Of a stretch of 64,000 nucleotides of DNA, positions 20,981 through 34,395 are shown piece by piece. A model generated the notes under the pieces. That model saw only the letters and a program-made list of their open reading frames with translations, searched no databases and had not been told where the DNA came from. This DNA comes from Gonapodya sp. JEL0774. Its lineage: Eukaryota. Position 1 is the first letter of the stretch. Each line of letters begins with the position of its first letter. Location: positions 1 through 64,000 of the forward strand of contig JADIIX010000003.1 of NCBI GenBank assembly GCA_027604505.1, in the 5' to 3' direction. The position numbers and the translations under genes were made by a program.

Positions 20981-22764
20981 ATGTCAAGTGACATGACTGC
21001 AACTGAAACCCCGCGGCGCCAGTCCGTGGCTTCCCCCCGCCCTCCCACCCCACCCGGAACCCCGCCTCTTGAGCGACAGGAAATAAAAAAGCGGACTTAC
21101 CAGGAAAAGCTCAACAGTATACAGTCAGGCTCTGATGTGCAGCACACATATGCGCAACCTGAGCTCGCGCAGATCCAGAAGCCCGAGTATGAGTTCTCCA
21201 ACATCAACTGGCTCCACGCAGTCCTCTTGACAACGACGCCAGCCATGGCCGCCTACGGAATGTACACCACGCCGCTGAACTGGAAGACTGGGATTTGGTC
21301 GATGTTTTGGTATACGTGCACAGGCTTGGGAATTACAGCAGGTTTGTTGTCACGAGGAACGGATGTCCGCGGTGTTCAAGGGAACTCAGATCGAACCATC
21401 CCCACTGTCAAGGTTACCACCGTCTTTGGTCCCACAAGTCGTATAGCGCAACAAAATTCTACCAATACCTTTTCTCCTTTTTCGGTGCCGGCGCTTTTCA
21501 AGGTTCGATTCGGTGGTGGTCACGAGGGCATCGGCAACACCACCGGTACACGGACACGCAAAAGGACCCGTACAGCGCACGGAAGGGGGCATTCTGGAGT
21601 CACATGGGCTGGATGCTGATGAATGAAAAGCCTAAGAACAGGGGTTACGTGGACATCACTGACTTGGACAGGTGAGTGATTTCTTGTGGACCTTCGATGC
21701 ATTTCCCCGGATCGACCTGATTTTTAAAACCACCACTCCAGAGATCCTACCGTGCGTTTCCAACACAAATTGTACCTTCCCATCGCTATATTCGCGGCAT
21801 TCGTGTTCCCCACTCTTGTTGCTGGCTACGGTTGGGGTGACTGGCGAGTGAGTGTTAACGAATGCTTTGCAATGTTCATAATATGTTCTAATAGGCTTGG
21901 TGTACATTCTAGGGGGGTTTCGTTTACGCTGGGATCGTCCGACAAGTCTTGATCCACCACGCTACTTTCTGCGTGAACTCCCTCGCTCACCTTATCGGCG
22001 AACAGCCCTTCGACGATCGTCTCACACCCCGAAACCACTTCATCACCGCTCTTGTCACTCTTGGCGAGGGAAACCACAACTTCCACCATGAGTATCCCAC
22101 CGACTACCGGAACGCAATCAAGTGGTACGAGTATGACCCTACCAAATGGGTGATCTGGTTATTCTCGCTTGTTGGCCTTACCTACAACCTGAACGAGTTT
22201 CCAAAGAACGAGATCAGGAAAGGGGAGATCAAAATGATCGAAAAGAGATTGCTAGATGAGAAGTCTCACTTGGACTACGGCGTGCCAATCGAGGAGTTAC
22301 CCGCTTGGACGTTCTCTGAGTGTGAGTTCTCCTACTTTGTGGACCTGCATCTGCATATTCTTTTGTTCCTAACTCTTTTTACTCGTCTCTCATCTATATA
22401 GTCAAGTCGAAAGCCGCGGAAGAGAAACTACTGGTCATCGACAACGTGGTTTACACCGTGAAGAACTTCATGGATGAACACCCGGGCGGAGCGAATTTGC
22501 TCAAATTCTCAATTGGCCACGATGTCACGTACCAATTCAATGGAGGTGTTTACTTCCACAACAATGCAGCAAGGTGAGCAAGGGCGATTCTGAATGGCAT
22601 AATATTCAGCGTGGTTTACGAATCTTGGCTGTGCTAGGAATTGGCTACAACGTCTTCGCGTCGCGCGCATCGTTGGTGACCCACCATCTCTCGAGAGCGA
22701 CTTGATTGTGGATGACGATGACAAATGGATCGGCCTCGCGAGTGGGAAAATTAAGGCAGTATAA
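20981..22764 (+). CDS. OLE1: Delta-9 acyl-CoA desaturase with fused C-terminal cytochrome b5
   Basis: His boxes [18 protein letters not shown] and [19 protein letters not shown]. b5 heme motif EHPGG. Stop TAA at 22762-22764. Confidence 0.95.
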
Positions 22765-23205
22765 GGGAGAGGTGAAGGCCTGGAGGTTAGTGACTGCCTC
22801 CCGACGGAGAGATTTCGGTGATTGCCGGTATCAGAGAATTTTCATTGCAGCAGTGTTTCCGCTGTGCCTCAGCATTTCTGTAAAGATTTTGAGTTTTAGA
22901 TTGGTAACTCCTTGTAGTAATCGACATTAGACAAAAACATGAATCCACTGATCGGGGTGCTCGTGAAGCGAACCCCAGTTCCAGCGGTATGCTGGAAGTT
23001 GTTGTGTGTGTTGGTGGTGTTGATGAAACACGTATTCATGATGCGGCGAACGACTCTGCCCGTCTTCATGAATCCTATGAAAGCGAAGAAATGGCGGGCG
23101 CCCGGCGAGTGGCCGGAGGCACGGACGGGCAGCGATCTGCACAATTTATGATGCTCAGCGGGAAACCCGAATATCATTGCGATGCCCTTGGCAACGTTTG
23201 AATGC

Positions 23206-24014
23206 ATGATCGCCGTCTCAGATTCTGTTTGTCTGACAAATTTCGTGGATCAGGACAGGGAACGCCTTGTGGAAATTCTACAAGATCCCATTGTGCATAG
23301 GAATACGTTGCAGCTACCGAAACCGTACACACTTGAAAGTGCAGATTGGTGGTGAGTGACCAATCTGCTGTGAGAGATGGTTGTTTTCGTCCGAATCTCA
23401 GAGCCCGCCGCCGCGGTGTTTCAGGATCACCGAAACGCGCAATCGAGCTCTTCGAGAGCGCAGAACGTTAAACTTCGCCATTCGGGAGCTTCCGTCCCAA
23501 CTCCTAGTCGGATCTGCTGGATTCCACGATTTGAAACTTGTCAAGGAAATTGACGGGGAGCTGAGGGAGCTGGAGGGCGGGGATCGTGAATGGAAAACGT
23601 GAGCTCGCATCCATCCTTGCTGAAATCAAGTCATGCAGTTTTGATAAGATGAACTAATGGGATGTGGCATCACACTCGTCATTCAAGTGAAATTGGATAC
23701 TATCTCGACGCGAACTACCGAGGGAAGGGCATTATGCCCATGGTAGTCACAAAATTGTGTGAGGTGAGCCCCGGTGTTGGATCAAGGCATCTTATCTTCG
23801 TAAGTGAACATTCCCATTCTCACCCTTTCCCACTAAGCTTGGTTTTGGCGAACTCGGCCTTGAAAGAATAAGTGCAAACATCTTCGCTTACAATCATGCA
23901 TCAGCGCGTGTCGTTGAGAAGTGCGGATTTGTCCTGGAAGGTCGTTTGCGGAAATATTATCGCAAAGACGGCGCCTTGATTGACGGGCAGTTGTGGGCAC
24001 GCGTAAAAGAATAG
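23206..24014 (+). CDS. RimJ/RimL-type GNAT N-acetyltransferase; multi-exon
   Basis: LPKPYTLESADWW, LNFAIRE...LVGSAG, EIGYYLDANYRGKGIM and LGLERISANIFAYNHASARVVEKCGFVLEGRLRKYYRKDG. Confidence 0.9.
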
Positions 24015-24090
24015 CCTCGCTAGCACCACACCTTAGAGATAGCCCATTTGCTAGGGCAACGTTATTGCTATGTATTTGCTTCATTTTGCA

Positions 24091-26017
24091 TTACTCCCTA
24101 TCTATCACCAGCTCCCAATCCCGCCATACGAGCGGAATGGAGCTCCACTCGATTCCATGAATGATCCTCCCCAACTCCTTGTACAACTCACGCTCTGGAT
24201 CATCCCTCCGGAAGCCGTGTAAGCTACCTACTGCCCGAAGTGTCCGACGTACACGGTGGAAAAAATCGAAAAGGGCGAGGTCCGACACGAACTTGAAATT
24301 GAGGCTCAACGAAACCAAGGGGGTAGGGTATGACGGACAAGTTGAGGAAATGTAACCGGAGGATTGGGAAGGCGACGTCCTGGTTGTAGAGTGGGCTGCG
24401 TGGCCGTCGGCAATTGAGGCGGGATGGATCCGGGATTCCAGTCCCACATCCTGATTACCGCTGTTCCTGCCCACTATGGACCCTACAGAACCCACGAACG
24501 ATCTCCGCCTCCCATTATTATTGGACGGTTCCGCTCCCGCCCCTCCCGCCCATCTCCACAAATGTCTGGATTGCACTCCCTCCGAATCAAAGTTGAGCAT
24601 CTTCAAATACCTCAGTCCAGAGCCACCATCAGACCCAACAATGGCGTCTAGAGACTTAACAGTGAGTAGGCGACATCCTGCCACTCCAAGAGCATTGAGT
24701 TGGGGGAGGACAGCAACCAAGGCACGCACATCGGAGTCAGTGATGGCAGTTTGGAAGTCAAGGATCAAGTGAGAGAGGTGAGGGAAGGCAAACACACTCA
24801 GAGGAGGAGAAGCTACGTGTGGTTGTATAGGTTCAGTGGTTGTTGGGCAAGTATTCTGCTCCGCCACGAATGCCCAAGACACCAGCGGCTTAATGCGAAC
24901 TGACGCAAAGCTTTCAGTTCCAAACCGCTCACCCATGCTCCTGTTTGCGCTGAGATCCAGCCTCTCAAGCTGCCTGCAATGATGTTTCATAGCTTCAAGG
25001 GCCTTGGGCCTCCAGAACCCAGGTACGTCCTGTACCTGCAGGTGTATCAAGTTCGGCCCTTTCGAGGAAAGAAAATGACAGACAGCATCCGGAGTGAAAC
25101 CTCGTGTGTATGTGATGCCGAGGGAGCGGAGTCTTGGGAGATTATCTGAGGTAGCTAGCAGAAAGGGATCATCAAGTGCGTTTGTGGAGAAGATGTATAG
25201 GGATTCTAGATTCGAGAGGCGCTCAAAAACTTGTTGGAAGAATGTTGGCGGCACATCCGAGACAAAGAATGAAGATGGGAAGAGGGAACAGTGGAGATTG
25301 CAGAGGTTCAGCGACATAAGAGGATGCAGGGAGAGACGCCGCAGAAAGGCCGGTTTGGTGAAGTGCGTGCCCCGACCCAAATCGATGGAAGTGAGGTAGC
25401 GGTCATTGGGAACTGGCATTTCCACTGCAACGTTACCACCGTCTCCACAATTTGATGCCCCTCTCGCACTCTCTACGAGATTGAAAGCCCTTTCACGACC
25501 CAGCGATGCATCCGCAAAATCAATGATATAGCCAGGATCAAACATGCTTCCTCCAACCCCACGCCCGAGCTTCAAACCCCACAGGGTCGGTCTTACAAGT
25601 TTCAAAATGTCGCCTAACATATCGGCGGTCATCTCCGTTTCGGTAGAAGCACGCGCTAAGTCCAAGTAGCGAACTGGAAGTTTCAGACGGCGCACGTCTG
25701 GGGAGAAGGATTCGTAGATGGCGAGGAAGTGGTTGAGTGTGCGCGATGTTCGCAGGGTTGGCTTCTGCGAGCACAGTTCAAATCATAAAAGCTGTGCCGA
25801 TCCGATCCTGATGCGTTTCACTCACCTCGTAAAGCATTCTTAGCGCCAGCGCGGTCATTCCCCTGTTTCCTGCCATGGCACATGCCCGTAGGTCCGGTGC
25901 CTTGGCAACCCACCCGACCACCAGAAGCAGGACATCATCTGAGAGTTTTTGCGTTTGAAATCGTCGGGATATATCAGACAAATCCGCTGAGTCCGAATGG
26001 GTCATCGTTTCATTCAT
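24091..26017 (-). CDS. F-box-like / RNI-type leucine-rich repeat protein
   Basis: N-terminal KLSDDVLLLVVGWV...LRACAM...ALRMLYE (F-box-like). LRRs LSNLESLYI, LPRLRSLGI, CRQLERLDLS, ITDSDVRALVAVLPQLNALGVAGCRLLT. One exon of 534 codons. Confidence 0.75.
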
Positions 26018-26378
26018 ATTCAGAAGCTGCTCACAACACGGCGCTCCAAGCACGAGTGCAGAGGGATACGGAAACAGAATTATGAAAATATTCTCGGTTG
26101 CCATGAAATCAAAATTTGCAATAGAAATACATCATGCACACAAAATTGCAGTGCTCATCTCTGCATCTCAAGCAGACTTGACGTGTCGGCCCCCCTCGCC
26201 AATTCTCTCGCCTCCACGACACTGCGACATCGCCCGGTTCAGCAACCGAGCACTAGCTGTAAATCCAGGTGGTCCCCGCTCTATGCGGTAGAAATGCATG
26301 TCCAGCTTCCACGGTCTCTCAATCACTCAACCATTGTTATCACTCCCGCACTGGATTCTAGCAGGAGCTCGAGACATC

Positions 26379-27207
26379 TCACTCGTCCATTATGAGCTCA
26401 TCAAGCGCTCCTATAGCTATGGACGTAGGGACAGGGTTGTCAACTTGCGCACTACCAACTGACGTGCCGTGAGATACGGATATTGTGGATCCCATTGATG
26501 TACGCTGACGCTGCCGTGGCGGAGAGCTAGTAGATGCTCCAAGTATGCCAGCGCCAGTATTAAATGCAGAGGTCAGAGAGGAGGAATGTCGTGTTGTAGG
26601 TGGAAGAGAGTCCCCATCTGGAGGGAGGTTCCCTGGAAATGAAGCACGGTCATGTCGGCGTCGAATAGAATCTTGGTCTCTTCCCGTTCCTGGAGCAGAT
26701 GATGATTTGGCCGAGGTGGAAGGAAAGGCTGGGTGTGTAGTGGTGGTGATTGCAGGTAGGTCTTCCGGTTGAGGAATATTGGAAAGATAACGCATCATTC
26801 GCAGGCGGGTTCGAAAGGGGGACTTCCAATGCATGTAAAGTAAATTTGGATTCAAGAACACGGAGCGATTGTGGGTTCAAACCTCTGGAATTGTGGTGAA
26901 GGAACGAATCAATACATACTTCGCCTCTCCCAACAGCATGCAGATATAGCACATTGAGTTTTTGAATCGCATCGGCAGCACTTTGCTTGAGCTCCTTCCC
27001 TTCAAAATTATCCGCGGAGTCGGATGGACCTGGTTTCAGACGTGGAGGAGACGGGGGTTGATCCAGATTCATCAAGTTAGCGGAACGGGTGCCCCTCGGA
27101 GAGCGGGGTGTATCGGGAAAGTGGGTGAAGGGCGATGTGGTAGACCTTGGAGAAGTACGACGGACCTCCTGGGGTTCCTGAGGGAGGTCCATCCTGAGTG
27201 GTGACAT
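26379..27207 (-). CDS. Hypothetical Ser/Pro-rich protein (orphan), 2 or more exons
   Basis: Overlapping long ORFs 26650-27348 and 26379-26861 with a plausible intron near 26870-26925. No recognisable domain. Confidence 0.4.
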
Positions 27208-27303
27208 TGTTGGAACCGGGGTGGCTGACGTGTGCGCTGACCCCCCGCACGCTACACAACTACAGTATCTCGAACTTTTATACCTCAACCTCCTCTTACA
27301 CTC

Positions 27304-28314
27304 ATGAACATTCCTCCTGTACAGCAAGTCCCTCAAGTGCCGCCACAAGGAGGTGATCCAACTGCTGCTGCCATGCTCTCAGCAATCAGCCAGGTCATCT
27401 CAAATGCAGTCTCCCCTTTACTTCAACTCGTTCCGGTGATCAAAAACGAGCGAGCGATGCGTATGAATGCTCTTCTTGCTCCAGAAGAGCCTCTTAACGT
27501 CATCTAGTGAGTTTGGATCGTTAACGGCTTGATCGTCAACGGCTGGTTCGTCAACGGCTGGATCATGTCATTGTCAAACACTGTTCCACCAATAGCAAGG
27601 AGAATCTCGGGGTTCCTCAAGTGCCCGTTCTTTCTCCTCCCGGTTGGGCCCCTCCAGACTGGGGAGGTAGTTTTCCCGATTTAAACACGTCAGTGGATAC
27701 CCATCACCACCGTCAGAACTCTCTCAAATCAAAAATCTCTACTTCATCCCAGTACTCCCGCATCTTTTGGTATAGCCTTCCCTCATTCAGCTTCTGCTAT
27801 TCAACAGCTCTCAATATCCGACTTGGCGTCGCTATCGTACTTTTTCAACCATAACTTGGGTCTACCGGCGCCAAGTGGCAGTGGCAGCGACGAGAGTACT
27901 CTAGAGAACGCAAGAAGAGGATTCTCCAGGCTGTGTGGTGTGAACTGGGACAAAGTGAATGGGCCTGGAACAGTTAGCAAAACTCGCGACGTGATGAGGG
28001 TTGATCAACCAGAACGAGGAATGAGTGATCAGAGAGAAAGCACCGGCCCCCCGAAACCAACTCGAGAAGTTCAAGTGCAGGACACTGAAGTTCCCAGTTC
28101 CAAACGTTCCGGGGATCGTCCCCCTCCTGGTGATGACGCCCACGTTGAGAAGCGTGCCAAAGTGGACAGTGGGACAGAACGACAAGCCAAGGCCACCGCT
28201 GTAGCAACCATAGAACAGCCGACTGAGAGGAGCGAGAAGCAGAGGGGGAGCGTCGAAACAAAGCGTGAGGGCAACACACAGCAGGCGGAGGAAGGGTCTG
28301 GAAAAGCTGCCTGA
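27304..28314 (+). CDS. Hypothetical protein, possibly with a Mug135/DUF1773-like C-terminal module; 3 exons
   Basis: Spliced ERAMRMNALLAPEEPLNVI|...|FPHSASAIQQLSISDLASLSYFFNHNL...ARRGFSRLCGV, then a charged tail. Canonical splice sites near 27507, 27596, 27689 and 27775. Confidence 0.5.
27514..27564. repeat. Intronic 15-bp tandem repeat, about 3.4 copies
   Basis: tggatcgttaacggc / ttgatcgtcaacggc / tggttcgtcaacggc / tggatc. Confidence 0.85.
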
Positions 28315-29862
28315 TCTGTTTAGAGTGCAATATAATCTAGAGGGAATTCTTTGCGGTCTGCTCAATTGTTAGTCTTTGATCATTCCATGACAACTGTATC
28401 AAAAACTCGGCGTGCACATACTGTACACACCAATACTGTAGTACACACCAAAACCAAAAACACCTTCTGATAGACATCCGAGGCCGAAAACGTCCTCTGG
28501 TCGTTCCCCAAGCACGTCAAACAGACATCTGGATCGTTTGTGCCTCAAAAATACGTTCAACGGACATCCCAGGTTACACTCCTCTTCAACCTACCGTCCG
28601 ATGCAGTTGTTTTTTGCCGGATGCTCTTGCGATCTCGGCTGCTTATCACCGTGCCACAAAGTTTTTCTGTCACGGGATGTATGCCGACATCGTTCTTTGA
28701 AATCTCAAGTTCTCGAATGCCGAGGTCACAATCATCGACATGTTTCCGCAAACGTGCCAGATCAGGCATCCATGGTACACGAGAAGTAAACGCGGGATGC
28801 GGATGTCGAACATGTGAGTTGTCGGTCATTTTCCTCCGTCATGTGACCATCCGGTTCTTCATTTGTGTTCACTTGTCAGACAGTCTTGTCTGCAAGATTA
28901 CAACTCAAGCGAACGCAATGGCAAACAAAGGAGAGTGCTAATGCTGGCATCAATCGTACTTACAATCGTTGTTGTTCCATCAGGTTCGGAACCGTCCGCG
29001 GCCGAAACGGAACAGGAACCCCCATTGAGACAACCAAGTCGTTCCAAGTGTTTTGCCTTGTGGATTGAAGATATCCGGTATGAACACAATTGTGTCAACC
29101 TGTTTGCTTATTGATGGACTAATCGCGCCTCTGTCTTGTTCCTTCCCCCATCTCGCTCGGCGCTCCGAAGTTCCGACCCAACTGGGACCTGCCTATTCCA
29201 AGAACAGCGGAGCATGACTTGAATCACATCGATCTTCGCGTTACTATCCTTAATATGTGAGTTGGAGTTGTTCTTCGCTAAGTAAAGCCTCTTCTGGTTT
29301 GTTTTTCCGACTCTCACTCCCAGCAGACGTCCTTTCGGGCACTTGGCACGGCCTTTATCCTTTCTCTATGCTATGAGTGAATTTGGTGAGTTCAGCACCG
29401 ATGCAAGTAGAGTCGCTGTCGCTATTTCGGGCGACCTGGACTGAAGTTGCAAGGTACTTATAGTCGTGGTAGATAGCATGAAGTTATGTACATGGTAGTG
29501 AATATAATTGAATCCCGTCATATCACACGATTTCAATGCTACAAGCAGCACTAAATGCGCCGGGGTAGGAGGGAAAGCTCACGGTAATCGGGAAGTGGTT
29601 TGGACGTCAAACAAACGTCCAGTGAAAAGTCTAAATTTAGTCCCTGTACATTGACATCCGTTTGACGTTCAGAGGGGTGCAACCTCAAATCGGTGCATAC
29701 TTCAATAGGAACCACCACCGATTCCTCGATCCATCAGCGGAATCCACGAGATCCGCGCTTTTGCCACCTCTCATAATTCTTGTCTGGCGATATTTTTTCT
29801 GCCTCCTTGCCCTGACTCGCTTTCCGCTGGTACATATCTTCAGCGAGAACTGGTCAGTTAAT

Positions 29863-32800
29863 ATGGCACCCCTCTCGGATCGGATCCTTCCTGGAGTCAC
29901 CTCGTGGACGGAGGACATCTTGAAGCCTGTGAGAGTGCCAACTGTATTGTGATTCAACAGAGGTTTGGACTTACGTAACCCTCTTCGATCGGATCATCGC
30001 AACCGAATCCGTTGAACTGCCTCAGGACTTGGACGACCGCCAATATAGAATCATCACGTTGCCAAATAAGCTACAGGCCCTTCTTGTACACGATGCTCAG
30101 ACTGACAAAGCCGCAGCTGCGATGGGTGTGTATTCTTTGCAGACTTGGATGTGGCAGGTGTACCAATGGTTGACCCATACAGTTCCGCCATAGATGTTCA
30201 TGTTGGCCATCTGTGCGACGACGAAGATGTTCCTGGCCTCGCACATTTTCTGGAGCACCTTCTGTTTGTGAGGCCAGCGTTGCTGTTGGCCACCACAGAA
30301 CTAGAGTCTAAATTCACATTGTTCCCAGATGGGTACCGAGAAATACCCGGAGGAAAATTCGTACTCAGCCTTTCTTAACTCTCACGGCGGACACTCAAAC
30401 GCGTTCACCTCGGTCGATTCGACAAACTACTTCTTCGATGTCCTTGCAGACAACCTCGCGGAAGCCCTGGACCGCTTCTCTCAATTTTTCAAAGCTCCTC
30501 TCTTCGACGAATCTTGCACCGAGCGGGAGATGAGTGAGCAGGAAGCTGTGCCACGCTCACTCGATATTCGCGACTCACCGCGCCGTTTTGATGAACAGAG
30601 GCAGTTGATTCGGAGCACAAAAAGAATCTTCAACTGGACGCGTGGAGGCTGTATCAATTGGACAAAACCCTCAGTAGCCCACACCACCCATACCATAAGT
30701 TTGGAACCGGTAGTCTTGAAACCCTGTTGACAGTACCACAATCGAAGGGAGTCGATGTCCGACAGCGTCTCTTCTCATTCCACCGCAAATACTACTCTGC
30801 AAATATAATGAAGCTTGTAGTTGTCGGGAAAGAGTCTCTCGACGAATTGACGGCGATGGTTGTTGAGCAGTTCGCTGCTGTAAAGGTGAGACTGCTGAAT
30901 ATGTTCCAAAGAGATTTCGTTTACCAATCATTTGTGTAGAATATGGACATTTCCGTCCCTGCGTTTGAGGGCGGACCTCTCACTGAAGAGTTCCTATTGG
31001 TGCGTCTGCACCTCCTCGTCCTGCGTCTCAGTGTGATTTAATAGCTCACCAATGCTGACTCGCTGAAAAGAAACGAATTCTTGTCAAGCCCGTCAAGGAT
31101 TTCCGGCAGTTAGAGATAACTTTCCCGTTTCCGGATGAGCTTAAATGGTTTCGCAGTCGACCCGGCAGGTGAGGGTTGTAGGAACAAATTTAAAAGGGCA
31201 AGTGTGATGACCTGGCCGCATTACTCATCGGAGTCAGCTACATCTCCCATCTCTTGGGTCACGAATCCGAAGGCTCAATTCTCTCGCTCCTTAAGTCCCT
31301 GGGTTGGGCCAATGCGCTCTCAGCTGGTTCTTCTCATGGTTCAATCGGATGGTCGTTCTTCAAACTGAATATTGACCTCACAGAAGAGGGCCTGCAAAAT
31401 GTTGACGATATAGTGGAGATTGTCTTCGGGTACATCAAAGTTATACGTGACGCAGATGTGCAGGAGTGGGTTTTCAGAGAAGAGGAGCTTGTCATGCGCT
31501 GCGCTTTCAAGTTCAAGGAGAAGTCGTCAGAGCCTTCAAGTTTTGCCAGTCGAGCGGGTGCTTGGATGCAACAGTATCCACCGAAAGAGGTAAAACACGA
31601 TCTCACAGTTGCATCGAGCGATCGCGGTTTTATCCTGCTACGCGTAGATTTTATCAGGTCCTTACTTGATGGAAGAATACAACCCGGACGCGATTCGCGA
31701 ATGCCTGGGTTGGCTTCGGGATGATAATTTCCGGTGAGTACATGTTGTCGAATAGAGTTATGTCCCAGCAATAGTGAAATCGAGGTGGCTTTGTCAAGAA
31801 TTACTGTTACCTCCAAAGAATCTCCCGCATCCACCACACAAGCCTCGTGGTCGAATGAATATTATTATGGTACAGAGTACAAGGTGGAAGCTTTGTCCAA
31901 AAGCTTCCTGGAGCGTTGCAAACATCCAAAGCTATGGAAGGAGCTTCGGCTCCCAGACAGAAACATTTTCATTCCCGAAGATCTGAGCGTGAAGGCAGGG
32001 GAGGATCGGGTCACACGCACGAATAGCAATTCTGAACCACTCAGGGATTCAACTGTTGAGTTCATCAGCTCGGAAGCGACGAAGAAACCGGCCCTTGTGG
32101 ATACGGAACAGAGAGTGCGAAAGCGTCCTCGGCTGGTCAGAAACGATGATTTGGCGCGAGTTTGGCATAAGAAAGATCAAGTATTCCTTGTTCCGAAAGT
32201 CAATGTGTACTTTGCGGTGCGAACGTAAGAAGAAGACTCTCGCTCGCCCGCTTGTTTTTTCATTTCGGCTCTCACTTTCGGTTTTCTCCTCAGCCCATTG
32301 GCTTATTCTGACCCGCGGAACGCAGTTTTGACAAAGCTGTTCACCGAGCTTGTTAAAGATAGTTTGAATGAGTACTCGTATTTTGCCGATGTCGCTGGGC
32401 TATCGTATTATCTGGAAGCCCAAGTTGAAGGATGCTTGGTTTGTTTCTGAATTATTATTTTCGACTTTCCTTCAAGTTATGTTTTATCACTTTTTGGTTG
32501 CGTAGCTTGGATTCGGAGGCTACAACGACAAGATGGCTGTTCTCGTCGAGAAGGTCGCCGAACGAATGCGAACACTGAAGGTCGATCCTGTCAGGTTTGA
32601 GTTGATTTCTGAGCAGGTGAGTCTCCACTTGACTATTTGTCAGCTCTCCCTGCACATTTCCATTCCTAACACGATTCTTGCTCTTCCAACTGCAAGCTCT
32701 CTCGATCTTACCGAAACTTCGAGCAAGAGAGTCCAGCATCACACGCGGCGTATTACACTTCTTGTTTGATCCAGTCGAAATTGCATACGAACGACATCAA

Positions 32801-34098
32801 GCTGGAAGCGTTGAAGAGTATCACTGCCCAGGACGTTCAAGAGTTCTATCCGCGATTGCTGTCTCGAGTGTGAGTCGTTTCTTTTTTGCCAATTTGGCTC
32901 GCAACTCACTGCAACGATGATTCGGTGGTCTGTTAGTTTTGTAGAAGGACTTGTGCACGGAAACATGTACGCCTATGAGAGCAAGGCTCTTGCCGAAGTA
33001 TTCGTTCGCACTCTCGGTTCATCGCCGGTGTCTGCGGAGGAGCGAGATTCCTCCAGCCTATCGACTATTCTTCCCACTCCTTCTCGCTTGTTGCATCAAA
33101 GGGTTGTGCCGAATCCCGACAACTTGAACTCCGCGATCGAGTACTACATTCAGGTGAGGACCACGGCTGTTCCTATTTTTTGACGATTCTCACAGCTTCC
33201 CCCTTTCCTCGGTTAGTGCGGAGACCCTGCAGACGAGTATTGTCGGATTCGACTCATGCTCGTCAATCAAATGATTACAGAACCAGCGTGAGTTGTGGCA
33301 TAGTCACAGATTTTGGCTGATCGCAATTGAATCAGACGATTTTGTCAAGGTTCGATCAACTTCGGACCAAGGAACAACTCGGCTACATGGTCAGCGCGTC
33401 GATCCGCACGGTGAGTAATGGTGTTGTGGGTAGAGATCACCTCTGCGGCCTAGGGATCGATGAGCATAAACGCTAAAAGCCCTTCCCATCACTTTCTTTT
33501 CTCCGAACCAAAACCAAAAATACAAAACAAAAGGGAACTGGTGTTATGGGTCTGAGAATTCTTATTCAGAGCGAGAGGGATCCAGTATTTTTGGAATCGA
33601 GGATAGAGGAGTTCCTGCAACAGTTCCGCGGCAAGCTTGAGGCAACTGATTCTGATACCTACGAAAAGGAACAGAAATCCATTATTGCAAAGCTCACCGA
33701 AACAGATAAAAATCTCGCTCGGGAGTCAACACGACATTGGGGCCACATTACATCCCGATACCTGGACTTCGATGTTGGTGAGTATTTTCTAGCGTGAGAA
33801 TGGGAGGGTCGGTCAATGTATCGTTACAATTCTATTTTCAGATTACCGCGACGCCGCTGCGATTCGCACAGTAACTCTGTCGGACTTGGTTGAGTGGTAC
33901 AAAAGGACAATATTGCCAGGTTCGCCAACTGCACGCAAATTGTCTGTCCACATGAGGTCCCAGAAGGCCGAAGGGACCGGGTCTCTACCTCAGGAAACAG
34001 TTATTTCTGACATAGATGCTTGGAAGTCTACCGCTCAGCTGAGCGCACCTGTCCGACCTGTACGGCCTTTAACATCATATGAGGAAGAAGAAGTGTAA
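29863..34098 (+). CDS. STE23: Insulysin / a-factor-processing M16A zinc metalloendopeptidase; many exons
   Basis: DDRQYRIITLPNKL, PGLAHFLEHLLF|MGTEKYPEEN (inverted HxxEH), AVDSEHKKN, YHKFGTG, LGHESEGSILS, FDQLRTKEQLGY and LRILIQSE. Confidence 0.95.
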
Positions 34099-34395
34099 AT
34101 AGAAAGTCCAAGAGTTCTGAAAACATTTAATTAGAACGATCGTGCTCGCATGAGTGAACATAAACTTTTCATCTGTATAAAATCGCGATCTAAATAATCT
34201 TGAGGGTGGGGGCTGGGTCCCAAAGAGAGAGGTCGCACCAAACCCAAGGCCAGGCGGCGGGTCCCGCTCAGCTTGTGGCAGAATTTCACATCCCCAACTG
34301 CCCGTTGTACTCCAACTGCGACAAAACCGCCGTCATCCCTTTTGTGCATGGACAGCCAAGCACAGAAACCTACAGAAACCGTCCTGGACTTTCAG

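Noticed and set aside
27514..27564. CRISPR-like array
   Set aside because: The units are adjacent with no spacers, lie in an intron of a eukaryotic gene, and no cas genes are present.
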